A program made the translations under genes and the position numbers. The notes under the pieces were generated by a model. It did no database searches. It saw nothing but the letters and a program-made list of their open reading frames with translations, and had not been told where the DNA came from. This document shows, one piece after another, positions 27,641 to 37,394 of a stretch of 64,000 nucleotides of DNA; the first letter of the stretch is position 1; each line of letters begins with the position of its first letter. The stretch is from Calditrichia bacterium (GTDB taxonomy: Bacteria; Calditrichota; Calditrichia; RBG-13-44-9; J075), in the NCBI GenBank assembly GCA_050633245.1, contig JBOEGD010000024.1, forward strand, positions 160,001 to 224,000, given 5' to 3'.

Positions 27641-27700
27641 TACTGCTGCTCCTGGGGCTGGTTACACACTAAGCCCCAGCGCGGCGACATGTTTATAGCA
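27641..27700. repeat. REP-like palindromic element, family B
   Basis: CTGGGGCT...AGCCCCAGCGCGGCGACATGT; related copies at 45392-45411 and 58161-58181. Confidence 0.55.
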
Positions 27701-27829
27701 ATTCAAATTACTCAATCCCTCAAACATGTTAATTTCGGATTGACGAAAACGAGAATTCAATATGATCGAAAATCAGGTGATCCTCAGGCAACCAATAATC
27801 TATGTTCTGAAAGGAGCAGATACAGTGCT

Positions 27830-28516
27830 ATGAGAAATTTGATTTTTATCTTATTCTTGAGCGTATTAAGTATGACCTCCGCATACGCTCAGCTTGATAC
27901 TTTGCAGCAGAAGTTTGCGGATGCCCTCCAAGCTGGTAAGGTTGACTCTCTTGAAAAGCTTATCGATGAAGGCATCGACGTAAATGCCCCGTTCGTGTTT
28001 TTTGCCAATAGTAAAAATCGGGTTGAAGTTCATCCACTTCTTTTTGCTAAAACCGAGGATGTAGTCACTTTGCTCATACAGCACGGCATTAACGTCAATG
28101 CCCGGGATAACTCTGGAACGACTGCACTTCATGCTGCAGCATGGAACGGACGTATTAAAATTGCTGCCCTGTTGCTGAAAAATGGAGCAAAGCTGAACTT
28201 ACCTGGAAGTCATGGAAGAACCCCGTTGCACGTTGCCACTGTGCAGGGAGATATAAACATGATCCGGTTACTGGTAGAATTCGGGGCGGACTTGAATTCA
28301 AAATCGGACAATGGGATGACCATTCTTCATAGCGCTGTGATTGATAACAAATTGGAAATTGTCGAATTTGCCTTAAAACAGGGAGTTGATCCGATGATAG
28401 AAGATAAATATGGACATACTGCTTTGCAATGGGCACTGCAGATTTCAAGATCATACGACGAAGCCTTCCTAAAAATTATTTCACTACTCAAGAAGTATGA
28501 GAAGAATTATGGGTGA
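27830..28516 (+). CDS. Secreted ankyrin-repeat protein
   Basis: Signal peptide (MRNLIFILFLSVLSMTSAYAQ); repeats GTTALHAAA, GRTPLHVA, GMTILHSAV, GHTALQWA. Confidence 0.9.
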   Translation: MRNLIFILFLSVLSMTSAYAQLDTLQQKFADALQAGKVDSLEKLIDEGIDVNAPFVFFANSKNRVEVHPLLFAKTEDVVTLLIQHGINVNARDNSGTTALHAAAWNGRIKIAALLLKNGAKLNLPGSHGRTPLHVATVQGDINMIRLLVEFGADLNSKSDNGMTILHSAVIDNKLEIVEFALKQGVDPMIEDKYGHTALQWALQISRSYDEAFLKIISLLKKYEKNYG

Positions 28517-28538
28517 ATGTGGTCTTGGTTTAATGTGA

Positions 28539-28663
28539 AACATCAGCATCCGCCAAACCAAACCCAACGACTGGCAGGCCGTAAAGCCCTGCGGCAAAAA
28601 GCATTAGAAGACGCACCTTATGCATTTGCCGAATCCCGAGAAGCCGAATCCAACCAGCAATGA
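28539..28663 (+). pseudogene. Frameshifted N-terminal fragment of a GNAT acetyltransferase
   Basis: NISIRQTKPNDWQAVK, then in a shifted frame ALRQKALEDAPYAFAESREAE*; resembles the GNAT start IRxLxxxDWxxxRxLRLxALxDAPxAF. Confidence 0.6.
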
Positions 28664-28781
28664 AATACTTTTACAGCTGATAATTCAATAACCACAAAGC
28701 GAACGTAAGCACATTCCTCCATCTTCAACAAGCCCGACGTTACCTCCCATTACACGATCCAAACTAAAAAGCTCGCAAGTC

Positions 28782-28833
28782 TTGCGTTTTGGCAAATTGT
28801 TTTGTATTGTAGAGTACTTTGCGTTGCAAAGTA
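28782..28833 (+). promoter_or_regulatory. Sigma70-type promoter with downstream palindromic operator
   Basis: TTGCGT-17nt-TATTGT (28782-28810), then TACTTTGC-GTT-GCAAAGTA (28815-28833). Confidence 0.6.
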
Positions 28834-28870
28834 AGCTGAATCTTTAGTCTCACAATACCAGAAAGCGAGA

Positions 28871-30244
28871 GTGGAAATGAAAATCGACATCATCGTTGCC
28901 TATGTTCAACGCTACACCTTTGGTCATGAGAAACACTTTGTTCCACCCATTACCGGTGTCCATCTAGCCGCGCTGACTCCCAAAGAACATCAGGTCAGAG
29001 TCATTCACCAGCAGGTGGAACAACCGCCGGATGAAACGAATGCCGATCTTGTGGCAATCAGTTTTTTTAGTGGATTCGCTCCCGAAGCGTACCGATTGGC
29101 AAACCGTTATCGCGCTCAGGGAAAGACGGTGATTGGAGGCGGGCCTCACGTGACGTTTGCAGTTGAAGAATCGCTTCAGTATTTCGATTCGGTACTCACA
29201 GGAGAGGCGGAATCCGAGTGGAAAAATATGCTTCGCGATTTTCAGGACGGGAACTTGCGAAGGCTTTATGAAGGTACTCCAACAGAGCTCGAAACAATAC
29301 CGACACCCAGATACGATTTGCTGAACGATAATTTTTTCGTCAAGCGTGTGGTTCAAGCCACCAGAGGATGTCCATTTACTTGTTCATTTTGCACGGTGCC
29401 AACCCTTAACCCTGGATTTCGAATGCGACCCATAGAGAACATTGTGGAGGATATTAATTACAATCAGTTTCGCTACTGGTGGCAACGCAAGATTGTTTGG
29501 TTTTGGGATGACAATCTCACAATTAATCGAAAGTTTGCAAAAAAGCTCTTACGCGCAATGATTCCACTAAAGAAATGGTGGCTTACCCAGGCAAGTATGG
29601 ACATTGCCAAAGATCCCGAATTGCTTAGTCTGATGAAAGACTCCGGCTGCATTGGCATATTTTTTGGAATAGAGTCCTTCGGAAAGCAATCGTTGAAGGA
29701 GGCCAAAAAGCAGCAGAACCGGGCAGATCAGTATGCAGAAAAAATCGATGCCCTGCATCAAAAGGGAATTTGCGTAATGGCCGGCTTTATTTCCGGCTTC
29801 GATGGAGATTCTGTGTTGACCATAAAAGATATGGCGCGACGATTATATGAGGTTGGTGTAGACGTGCCGTTTCTCAGCATACTTACTCCGTTTCGCGGTA
29901 CCGTTGACTACCGGAGGATGGTAGAGGAAGATCGAATTTTGACTGAGAGAGGATGGGAGTTTTACAATGGTTATAATGTAGCGTTCAAGCCAAAACAGAT
30001 GTCCCCTACAGAACTAATAGACGCACATAGGGCCTTGTGGATGGAGGCATTTTCATTAAAATACAGCTTTCTGCGAGTTCTACGTAGCGCCAGGTATCTC
30101 CGGCTGGGTGCCTTTTTCATGTGTCTCTTTATGAACGGCTTTTATTGTCTGAAGCGGCTGCGAGGGAATTTACCATTATGTTTTGATGACAAAAATTTTT
30201 ATCCTGAAATTACCGAGCAGGTAATGGATGAAATGCATGTGTAG
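28871..30244 (+). CDS. B12-binding radical SAM protein
   Basis: [31 protein letters not shown] (CxxxCxxC), WDDNL, GIES, LTPFRGT. Confidence 0.92.
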   Translation: MEMKIDIIVAYVQRYTFGHEKHFVPPITGVHLAALTPKEHQVRVIHQQVEQPPDETNADLVAISFFSGFAPEAYRLANRYRAQGKTVIGGGPHVTFAVEESLQYFDSVLTGEAESEWKNMLRDFQDGNLRRLYEGTPTELETIPTPRYDLLNDNFFVKRVVQATRGCPFTCSFCTVPTLNPGFRMRPIENIVEDINYNQFRYWWQRKIVWFWDDNLTINRKFAKKLLRAMIPLKKWWLTQASMDIAKDPELLSLMKDSGCIGIFFGIESFGKQSLKEAKKQQNRADQYAEKIDALHQKGICVMAGFISGFDGDSVLTIKDMARRLYEVGVDVPFLSILTPFRGTVDYRRMVEEDRILTERGWEFYNGYNVAFKPKQMSPTELIDAHRALWMEAFSLKYSFLRVLRSARYLRLGAFFMCLFMNGFYCLKRLRGNLPLCFDDKNFYPEITEQVMDEMHV

Positions 30245-30308
30245 CTGGCAAACTATCAAAATGAGTATTTACCCTACTTACCAAGACAGATCAAGTGTCG
30301 AGCTTTTC

Positions 30309-30339
30309 TGTTGCGCAATGCGCAACAACTTACTATCTT
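30309..30339 (+). promoter_or_regulatory. higBA promoter/operator
   Basis: Palindrome TGTTGCGCA-A-TGCGCAACA (30309-30327) overlapping TTGCGC-17nt-TATCTT. Confidence 0.7.
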
Positions 30340-30346
30340 AACTTAC

Positions 30347-30625
30347 ATGATTAAGTCATTCAAGCATAAGGGACTGCAGAAGTTCTTCGAGACAGGGAAC
30401 GCTTCAGGAATTCAGGCTGGTCATAAAAAGAAGATTCGCATCAGACTTGCTGCGCTGGAAACTGCAACCGTGCTTCAGGATATTGATTTGCCGGGATTTC
30501 GTATGCACCTTTTAAAAGGGAATATGAAGGGGCTTTGGGCAATTGATGTCAGTAGAAATTGGCGCATCACGTTTGAATTTCGTGATGGAGATGTGTATAT
30601 CGTAAATTATGAGGACTACCATTAA
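30347..30625 (+). CDS. higB: HigB/RelE-family toxin (plasmid maintenance killer type)
   Basis: MIKSFKHKGLQKFFETG...PGFRMHLLKG..WAIDVSRNWRITFEF..VNYEDYH; overlaps the antitoxin start (TAATG). Confidence 0.92.
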   Translation: MIKSFKHKGLQKFFETGNASGIQAGHKKKIRIRLAALETATVLQDIDLPGFRMHLLKGNMKGLWAIDVSRNWRITFEFRDGDVYIVNYEDYH

Positions 30626-30918
30626 TGGGTATGTATAATCCACCCCATCCAGGTGAGTTTATTCGTGAAGTTTATCTTGAGCCGCTTGGAGTAAGCTACA
30701 GATCTGTTGCCAGAAAACTAAAAGTCGCACCATCGACCTTCAACCGGATTATCAAAGAACAGAGCAATATAAGTCCGGAAATGGCGCTACGGCTTTCCAA
30801 AACTTTGGGCAGAACGCCGGAAAGCTGGCTGCTGATGCAAAGTAACTACAATCTCTGGCACGCAAAACAGCACCTTAATCTCGATGCGGTTGAAAAGTTG
30901 GTCGTTGAGAGTGAATAA
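30625..30918 (+). CDS. higA: HigA-family antitoxin (HTH XRE)
   Basis: MYNPPHPGEFIREVYL...ISPEMALRLSKTLGRTPESWLLMQSNYNL. Confidence 0.93.
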   Translation: MGMYNPPHPGEFIREVYLEPLGVSYRSVARKLKVAPSTFNRIIKEQSNISPEMALRLSKTLGRTPESWLLMQSNYNLWHAKQHLNLDAVEKLVVESE

Positions 30919-31041
30919 TTATTCCTTCAAAGTCAGGTAATTGCACTCTCCTCTAATAAAGTATAGCGGAAACCGCACGTCTATATTATAGATGCGAATC
31001 ATATGTTAAGCATGTTTTCGATAATTATGCCTTGCGGCCTA

Positions 31042-31122
31042 CCCTTCGAAGAAGACTATCCTGAGCCTACCGAAGGGCTCAGGGAGCGGGCTTTTCCGTT
31101 CCCCGAGCGCAGCCGAGGGGGA
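31042..31122. repeat. REP-like palindromic element, family A
   Basis: CCCTTCG...TATCCTGAGCCTACCGAAGGGCTCAGGGAGCGG...CCGTTCCCCGAGCGCAGCCGAGGGG; related copies at 52891, 56148, 60860. Confidence 0.75.
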
Positions 31123-31240
31123 AGGTTACGAATCTTAGTTCCAAACCGAACCAGTTTTATTTAATTAGAACTAATTGAATAAACGATTTTGATAGAGAAG
31201 AATTTGTTTCCGTTTAATATCATGTTAGGGAGCATACGAT

Positions 31241-31570
31241 ATGAAGCCAGTATATGGTAAGGTTTTTAAAACAAGTAAAGGCGAAGAGTTTGGAGTAATT
31301 CGAGCGGTTTGTCGTCCATTTCCTGATGAGCTTTCAGATACAGAGATTATTGCTGAAGATGGGTGTGGCAATTACTTTTGTTTAATAAATGGAAAAGTTG
31401 TTTTTTGGGATCATGAAACTAGGGATGAGACTGTTCTTGCTAATTCCATTGAAGAATTTGTTGCAGGTTGCAGCAAGCCCGCAAATGTAGAGTTAAAGCC
31501 TGAGCAAATAATATCTTCATGGATTGATCCTGAATTTGCAAAGAAGTTGGATATTGATCCTAAGTCCTAG
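31241..31570 (+). CDS. SMI1/KNR4 (SUKH)-like protein
   Basis: IIAEDGCGNYFCL..GKVVFWDHET..ETVLANSIEEF; preceded by the core-site-like GTTAGGG. Confidence 0.8.
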   Translation: MKPVYGKVFKTSKGEEFGVIRAVCRPFPDELSDTEIIAEDGCGNYFCLINGKVVFWDHETRDETVLANSIEEFVAGCSKPANVELKPEQIISSWIDPEFAKKLDIDPKS

Positions 31571-31751
31571 CCGCGGGAGTTTTCCAGGGCCCTCACTAAA
31601 CCTTTGTCGATACTGCGATAGGAATCTTCTCACAAAGACGCAAGGTTAATTTGCCGAGAGAAGCAGTGTTTGTCGCGTAAGACCGGTAGGAAAAGCCGGT
31701 CAACGATAGTTGCTGTGTTTCTACTAGTGTATATTTCAAAAAGTTTATCTC

Positions 31752-32630
31752 ATGCCGAAGGCTTTAGCTTTACTGTTTCCGTTATTGCTGTTAACTCAGC
31801 TGATATATGGACAGAAAACGCAAATAATTACAGCAAACGATTCCCTGCGTAATTTGAAAATACCCGCGCGGTCCTCAATCGCGCTTGAAGGTTCAGCCTT
31901 TGCAGCACAGGTGTGGGATTGGAATATTGAGGAAAGAGAAAAGGCGGTGGTGAAGGAAATTCTCTCTGGTAACGTGCCTTCTTTTTCACGAAAGCTAAAA
32001 GCCATTATGGTCAATGAGACCATTGGTGACAACAGTTTTGAGGTAACCATTTTTGCCATCTGCGACTACCTGGCTATCGGTTCGGATGAAGATTATTTCT
32101 ACATACCGATGACACCGGCAACTGCGCAATATCTTGCCGATCGATTAAGCTGCACGCTACCGACCAGTAAAATGGTCAATCTTATTTACAACAATGCCGA
32201 ACTCAAGCTAAAACCACAGCCGATAGCACCATCCGATACTATGACAACTGTTCCAGTGTTTTGGCAGCATACCGATTCCATTAAACAGCAATTTTCCCAG
32301 TTGGCGCTGGACAGATCCGCAAACAGTATCGTTGGTGGCACCAAAAAAGATATTATTATCTCCAATAAGATATACAGCCCCGAGAGGAAATTTGAGCGGG
32401 TGGTCATTTATGGCTGGCATTTGAGTGTGGATGATCCCATACAGCCGCCGTATAACGGACATGGCGCCATGTATGCAGATTACTCCCATGGTGTGCGGTT
32501 GATAGCCAATACGGTAATTGTTAACGGAGATTCTGTGCGAGTGAAAGATATTCTCTCCGATGCCATTCTATGGCCCTTGTTGAGCGATGAGGGCGTAATC
32601 AGCCAGCCCCGGTATCCGCCAGGGGATTAA
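31752..32630 (+). CDS. Secreted protein of unknown function
   Basis: Signal peptide; enzyme-like motifs DYLAIGSDED, PMTPATAQYLAD, LPTSKMV, GTKKD, IYGWH, YADYSHGVRL. Confidence 0.7.
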   Translation: MPKALALLFPLLLLTQLIYGQKTQIITANDSLRNLKIPARSSIALEGSAFAAQVWDWNIEEREKAVVKEILSGNVPSFSRKLKAIMVNETIGDNSFEVTIFAICDYLAIGSDEDYFYIPMTPATAQYLADRLSCTLPTSKMVNLIYNNAELKLKPQPIAPSDTMTTVPVFWQHTDSIKQQFSQLALDRSANSIVGGTKKDIIISNKIYSPERKFERVVIYGWHLSVDDPIQPPYNGHGAMYADYSHGVRLIANTVIVNGDSVRVKDILSDAILWPLLSDEGVISQPRYPPGD

Positions 32631-32933
32631 AAGCATCTTGAGAAACACCATATCTAACGTCATAATCACCCGATACCGTTCAAATAGCTGTCTCGCTTCT
32701 TCAAATATAGGGAGAGCCGCTTGGAGTTATGTTGTGTCCTATCTGGCCTTTATCTGATGGTGAAGAACAGGTTTGCCTTGAGAGTAGCTCGTATAAATTG
32801 CATGTCATAAAATCGTCAGAGTGTATCTATCTTAGCTCAAAAGACATGCGAAACTTTAGAGAGGGATGGTTTGAATTATGAACTCTTATTTGAAGCAAAA
32901 TAGGCTTATTCTATTTAATATGGATGGAAACAA

Positions 32934-33581
32934 ATGAAAAGATTCTTTTTTATCAAGGCTATTGAGGTTTTAGTAATCAGTGCTTGCATGTTTAGCTGTG
33001 TACCTTCTCCAAAAGTACCTTTGGAGGAAACAGCATTGAGTAAAAAAGTTTTAACTTTTCTTCATGAGAATTACCCTGTAAATAAGATTATATATAATGA
33101 GGAACTCTCTTTTGAAGATTCGACGGTATATAAAATACCATCTCCTTTTATCTCCAAAAAACTAGATTACAGGTTTTACAAAGCAACATTAAGCACAGCG
33201 TATATGGAATATATGTATTTAGAAATAATCTTAGCCATTAATCAATTACATCCTGATCGAATAGTTGTTTTAAAATCTCCAACTTTTACGGATACAAATC
33301 CAGAGTTCCTCAGCTTATTTCAAAACACATTAAGTGAGTCTGAATTAGAGAAAAAAAATTATACAAAAGAAATAGTACTACTTTTTAAAGAGATCACTTA
33401 TGAAGGAAAAGTTGAGGCTCTTGATAATTCACTAAATGGTGTCTACTCATATGAATTGTGGCACAGTGATTTAAGCTGGCGAATATTTGACTTCTATTTT
33501 GATGAAAATATTCTTATTGATATTAGAATAAAAGGTGGAGTAAAGAGAGGGAAAATGCTTGAGGGTTACGAAAGAAAATAG
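32934..33581 (+). CDS. Hypothetical lipoprotein (AT-rich)
   Basis: Lipobox-like MFSC; 215-aa ORF visibly more AT-rich than its flanks. Confidence 0.6.
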   Translation: MKRFFFIKAIEVLVISACMFSCVPSPKVPLEETALSKKVLTFLHENYPVNKIIYNEELSFEDSTVYKIPSPFISKKLDYRFYKATLSTAYMEYMYLEIILAINQLHPDRIVVLKSPTFTDTNPEFLSLFQNTLSESELEKKNYTKEIVLLFKEITYEGKVEALDNSLNGVYSYELWHSDLSWRIFDFYFDENILIDIRIKGGVKRGKMLEGYERK

Positions 33582-33766
33582 AAAGCCCAAAGTCTGGAAA
33601 ACACTAGCAGGGTATTCAGGGCGCAGTCCTCTTGCGTTTGGTAGTTTGCAAGAGTCACCGGTTAACCTTAACTATAGTTCGAGCGCCTTAAAACAGGGTA
33701 TCTATCCGACATCCTGAGATGTTTTTAGTACACGAATACTCTAACTTTTTAGAAGGGAACCTCGTA

Positions 33767-34096
33767 ATGATTAATATCAACTGCCATTGCGGTAACATTC
33801 GTCTAGAGTTCAAGCAGCTACCGTCTACGGTGCGGGATTGTGACTGTGCAATATGCAATCGCCTGGGAGCATTATGGGCAGATTTTAAGCATAACGAGAT
33901 TACAATAGAGACGACTGAACCGACTGGAACGTATCTATGGGGTGATGAAGACTATGAAATGCACCACTGTAGGACATGCGGCTGCACCACTCACTACACC
34001 GCAGCAGTCGAACAAGACACATCGGATGTCGGGGTAAATCTACGCATGCTCGAGCGAGAGCAGCTGGAGCAGATACCGATTAAGACAAAAAGTTGA
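33767..34096 (+). CDS. GFA/CENP-V family Zn-binding protein
   Basis: CHCG...CDCAIC...CRTCG...VGVNLRM. Confidence 0.9.
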   Translation: MININCHCGNIRLEFKQLPSTVRDCDCAICNRLGALWADFKHNEITIETTEPTGTYLWGDEDYEMHHCRTCGCTTHYTAAVEQDTSDVGVNLRMLEREQLEQIPIKTKS

Positions 34097-34190
34097 CGTC
34101 AACCTCCCTGGATTGACGCTAGGTCCAACCTTTATTCTCTTGACCACAACGTGGGTATCGTGCTTGCCCAAGCATCTTATCAAAATATAG

Positions 34191-34219
34191 TTGTAAATAA
34201 TCTCAAATTGAGATATATT
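34191..34219 (+). promoter_or_regulatory. Second higBA promoter/operator
   Basis: TTGTAA-17nt-TATATT with palindrome ATCTCAA-A-TTGAGAT (34200-34214) in the spacer. Confidence 0.7.
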
Positions 34220-34224
34220 GATCA

Positions 34225-34515
34225 ATGCGACTGATAACGCGAAGACGATTACTGGAATTTATCGAAGATCATCCCGGCGCAGAAATACCATTGGAGCGCT
34301 GGTATCGCATTGTTAAGCATGAGAGCTTCAAGTCATTCGCAGATTTGAGGCAAGTATTTCCAAGTGCAGATAAAGTAGGGCAGCTGACCGTTTTTAATAT
34401 TGGTGGGAATAAATACCGGCTCATTGCCGCTATTCACTATAATCGTCAAATTATTTACATCAGGCATATTCTGACACATAAGGAATATGACAAAGGAACC
34501 TGGAAAGGAAAATAA
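34225..34515 (+). CDS. higB: HigB toxin (E. coli YgjN-type)
   Basis: MRLITRRRLLEF...FPSADKVG..TVFNIGGNKYRLIAAIHY..IYIRHILTHKEYDK. Confidence 0.93.
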   Translation: MRLITRRRLLEFIEDHPGAEIPLERWYRIVKHESFKSFADLRQVFPSADKVGQLTVFNIGGNKYRLIAAIHYNRQIIYIRHILTHKEYDKGTWKGK

Positions 34516-34928
34516 TGCAGACTCAGCTACCGGAGATAAATGAAATCGCTAAAATTTGGCTTATCGCATCTCGTTTTGTGTCGGTTATTCACACCGAGGA
34601 GCAATATCTTAAGTCCAGAAATCTACTCGACAAATTGATTGATGAAATTGGTGAAGATGAAAATCATAGTCTTGCTTCATTGATGGAAACGATTGCTGCA
34701 CATATCGAAGATTATGAAAATAAAAATGTGTCGGAGCCTGTCGGTGATGCCATTGGCAGCCTGAAATACCTTATGCAGGAACACCATTTGAATCAGAGTG
34801 ACCTTTCCGAACTTGGCAGCCAGGGGGTTGTTTCTGAAATATTGAATGGTAAGCGGAAGCTAAATGTTCGCCAAATTAAAGCGTTAAGTAAGCGTTTTCA
34901 CGTTTCACCGACGGTGTTTATCGACTAA
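34515..34928 (+). CDS. higA: HigA antitoxin (YgjM-type HTH)
   Basis: IHTEEQY..LLDKLID..IEDYE..LKYLMQEHHLNQSDL..GSQGVVSEILNGKRKLNVRQIKALSKRFHVSP. Confidence 0.93.
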   Translation: MQTQLPEINEIAKIWLIASRFVSVIHTEEQYLKSRNLLDKLIDEIGEDENHSLASLMETIAAHIEDYENKNVSEPVGDAIGSLKYLMQEHHLNQSDLSELGSQGVVSEILNGKRKLNVRQIKALSKRFHVSPTVFID

Positions 34929-34992
34929 ATAAAAACAGCTAATTGTTTCCAAACTGTATTCGATGTTCGCTTGATTTCCTGAAGGATGCTTA

Positions 34993-35697
34993 ATGCCCTT
35001 TTTTATAAATCTATCACCAGAGCTTAAAAGATTGTGGATACTCCTGCTGTGTCTGTTATTCTCCGGCGTAGCAATAGCTCATGGTGTTCCCGAGGGTGAC
35101 TCGGGATATATTCAGCAAATATCCGGCCCACATATATTCCCTTTTATGTATCTGGGTGCCAAACATATGGTGACCGGATACGACCACCTTCTATTTCTGG
35201 TTGGTGTCGTTTTCTTTCTTTTCAGGCTTTCCGAGATTGGTCTTTACGTAACCTTATTTGCGATCGGCCACTCCAGCACGCTATTGCTGGGCGTGTATTT
35301 TGACGTCCCGGCGAATGCCTTCATAATCGATGCCATAATTGGATTGTCTGTCGTGTACAAGGCTTTGGATAATATGGGTGCCTTTCAGAGATGGCTTGGT
35401 TTTCAGCCCAGCACCAAAGCGGCAACATTTATCTTTGGCCTCTTTCATGGTTTTGGTCTGGCAACAAAAATACAGGAATTTGAACTTTCCAGCAATGGCC
35501 TGTTAGCGAACCTGATTGCCTTTAACGTGGGAGTGGAAATCGGGCAGCTGCTTGCATTAGCGGCAATTCTTATTCTGATGGGATACTGGCGAAAACAGAG
35601 CTTCTTTTTCAGACAGGCATACAATGCGAACGTGGTGCTAATGACAGCGGGATTTATCTTAATGGGTATTCAGTTAACCGGTTACTTTTTGAATTAA
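34993..35697 (+). CDS. HupE/UreJ-like metal-transport membrane protein
   Basis: LGAKHMVTGYDHLLFL, FAIGHS, FGLFHGFGLA, FNVGVEIGQ. Confidence 0.9.
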   Translation: MPFFINLSPELKRLWILLLCLLFSGVAIAHGVPEGDSGYIQQISGPHIFPFMYLGAKHMVTGYDHLLFLVGVVFFLFRLSEIGLYVTLFAIGHSSTLLLGVYFDVPANAFIIDAIIGLSVVYKALDNMGAFQRWLGFQPSTKAATFIFGLFHGFGLATKIQEFELSSNGLLANLIAFNVGVEIGQLLALAAILILMGYWRKQSFFFRQAYNANVVLMTAGFILMGIQLTGYFLN

Positions 35698-35719
35698 ACA
35701 AAAGATTCAGGAATAAAAA

Positions 35720-36343
35720 ATGCACAACGCAAATGTTCCCAACGATATCGAGCTTCCCAGCTCGAAGCAGCTGATAAAATCAACTATTATTGCTCTGATT
35801 ACGGCACTGGTTTTATTGGTCACCGTGGTTTTGCCGGCGGAATACGCCATCGATCCGACCGGAATTGGTAAAGTGCTAGGTCTGACGGAAATGGGCGAGA
35901 TTAAAAATCAGCTGGCGCTGGAAGCGGCGCAACAAAGACAAGCACCCGTTTCCGAGGTTGGAGTGCCAGAAGCTAAAGAAGTTGCAGCACCTAAAGCAAT
36001 CGAAGAGAAAGCTGTTGCCAAGACTCCGCCCACTGAAACAAGAGTTATAACACTTAAGCCGGGAGAAGCGGCCGAGATTAAGCTGGGCATGAAAAAAGGA
36101 GCGGTTGCAATGTACGAATGGTCGGTCAATACCGGTCATGTGAACTATGATACGCATGGTGATGGCGCCGGTATTAAATATTTCGGCTACGGTAAGGGCA
36201 GAGCTGTAACGGAAGACAAGGGCGAGCTAACAGCTGAATTTGACGGTAAGCACGGATGGTTTTGGCGCAATCGCTCTAAGCAGACCGTGACGGTAACGCT
36301 CATTGTCTCGGGTGACTACAGCGGTGTTTATAGGGTGTTGTAG
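35720..36343 (+). CDS. Transmembrane anchor protein usually paired with HupE/UreJ-like genes
   Basis: LPSSKQLIKST, VLPAEYAIDPTGIG, YDTHGD, FDGKHGWFWRNR. Confidence 0.8.
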   Translation: MHNANVPNDIELPSSKQLIKSTIIALITALVLLVTVVLPAEYAIDPTGIGKVLGLTEMGEIKNQLALEAAQQRQAPVSEVGVPEAKEVAAPKAIEEKAVAKTPPTETRVITLKPGEAAEIKLGMKKGAVAMYEWSVNTGHVNYDTHGDGAGIKYFGYGKGRAVTEDKGELTAEFDGKHGWFWRNRSKQTVTVTLIVSGDYSGVYRVL

Positions 36344-36553
36344 AATTTACTACTACTTCTATTAAGGTTGTCTCTTAGGTTTAAAAAAACTGTCCGAAAA
36401 ACTATGACGATAAAGAAATCACACATTAAAAATGATCTATCTATAGAAACTCTAAACGCTCTACCTTATGGAAACAGATCTTCGGTCAAAAGTCGATATA
36501 CAGGCACTCTCTTGATATAATTAAAGGAACCGGTTGTTTCCGTTGAATATAAT

Positions 36554-36895
36554 GTTAGGCACCTATGCCAAGAATCACTATTTACATTGACGTCGATGAC
36601 ACAATCGTGAGATCTACCGGCAAGAGAAATTTCCCGCGTCCGGATGTCATCGCCAAGTTGAAGGAATTGGCTGTCGTTTCTGAAGTCGATCTATTTCTTT
36701 GGAGTAGCGGTGGGGCGGATTACGCAAGATCTGTAGCCGAGGAGCTCGGCATCACCAGTCTATTCAAGGAATTTCTTCCAAAACCAACTATTGCTATCGA
36801 TGATGTCCCAATTCAGGATTGGCGATATTTGCGCCAACTACATCCGAATGAATTTATGGGCATATCCATCGATGAACTCACCGGCAGTGCCTAAC
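36554..36895 (+). mobile_element. Integron-type gene cassette with intact complementary core sites
   Basis: GTTAGGCAC (36554-62) just before the ATG and its exact reverse complement GTGCCTAAC (36887-95) overlapping the stop codon. Confidence 0.75.
36565..36894 (+). CDS. Small HAD-superfamily hydrolase-like protein (DUF705-like)
   Basis: IYIDVDDTIV, LWSSGGADYA, FLPKP, IDD. Confidence 0.75.
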   Translation: MPRITIYIDVDDTIVRSTGKRNFPRPDVIAKLKELAVVSEVDLFLWSSGGADYARSVAEELGITSLFKEFLPKPTIAIDDVPIQDWRYLRQLHPNEFMGISIDELTGSA

Positions 36896-36964
36896 AACCT
36901 GTTTCGGTCTGAACTCAGTAAACTACGCTAACTACGACCTATCACATAGCAGAGCTATCAACTT

Positions 36965-37306
36965 ATGCGTAAAACTTTCGTTGCTTGTTGGTTTGTTTGC
37001 ACAATTATTTTTCCCATTGTTGGGTATGCACTTGTCGTGGGATTAGGATTCCAAGTGTTGAGCATACCAATTGGGCTTGGAGGATCTTTGTATGCGTTAC
37101 TCTTAACACCATTTATCTTTTCTATGACTGTTGCAATCTATTATTCTATTTTGGCACAAAAGAAAGACTTTGAAGAATTTGTATTCAGCTCTTACGTATG
37201 GCTACTCCTCATTCCGTTTGCTTCTCTGATACTTTGGCTCCTATTTACAACATCTACAGAACGCGGTAGTCTGTTAATCTCGGAGATTTTGCAGATACTA
37301 ATATAA
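36965..37306 (+). CDS. Hypothetical membrane protein
   Basis: Three hydrophobic segments; followed by attC-start-like ATATAACAAG. Confidence 0.55.
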   Translation: MRKTFVACWFVCTIIFPIVGYALVVGLGFQVLSIPIGLGGSLYALLLTPFIFSMTVAIYYSILAQKKDFEEFVFSSYVWLLLIPFASLILWLLFTTSTERGSLLISEILQILI

Positions 37307-37394
37307 CCATATAACAAGCGATCAACTCGCCTTACGGCCATGTGGATCGTGACTTTGCTGAGACGTCGTACTTCATATAACAAAAGGTCAGCAC

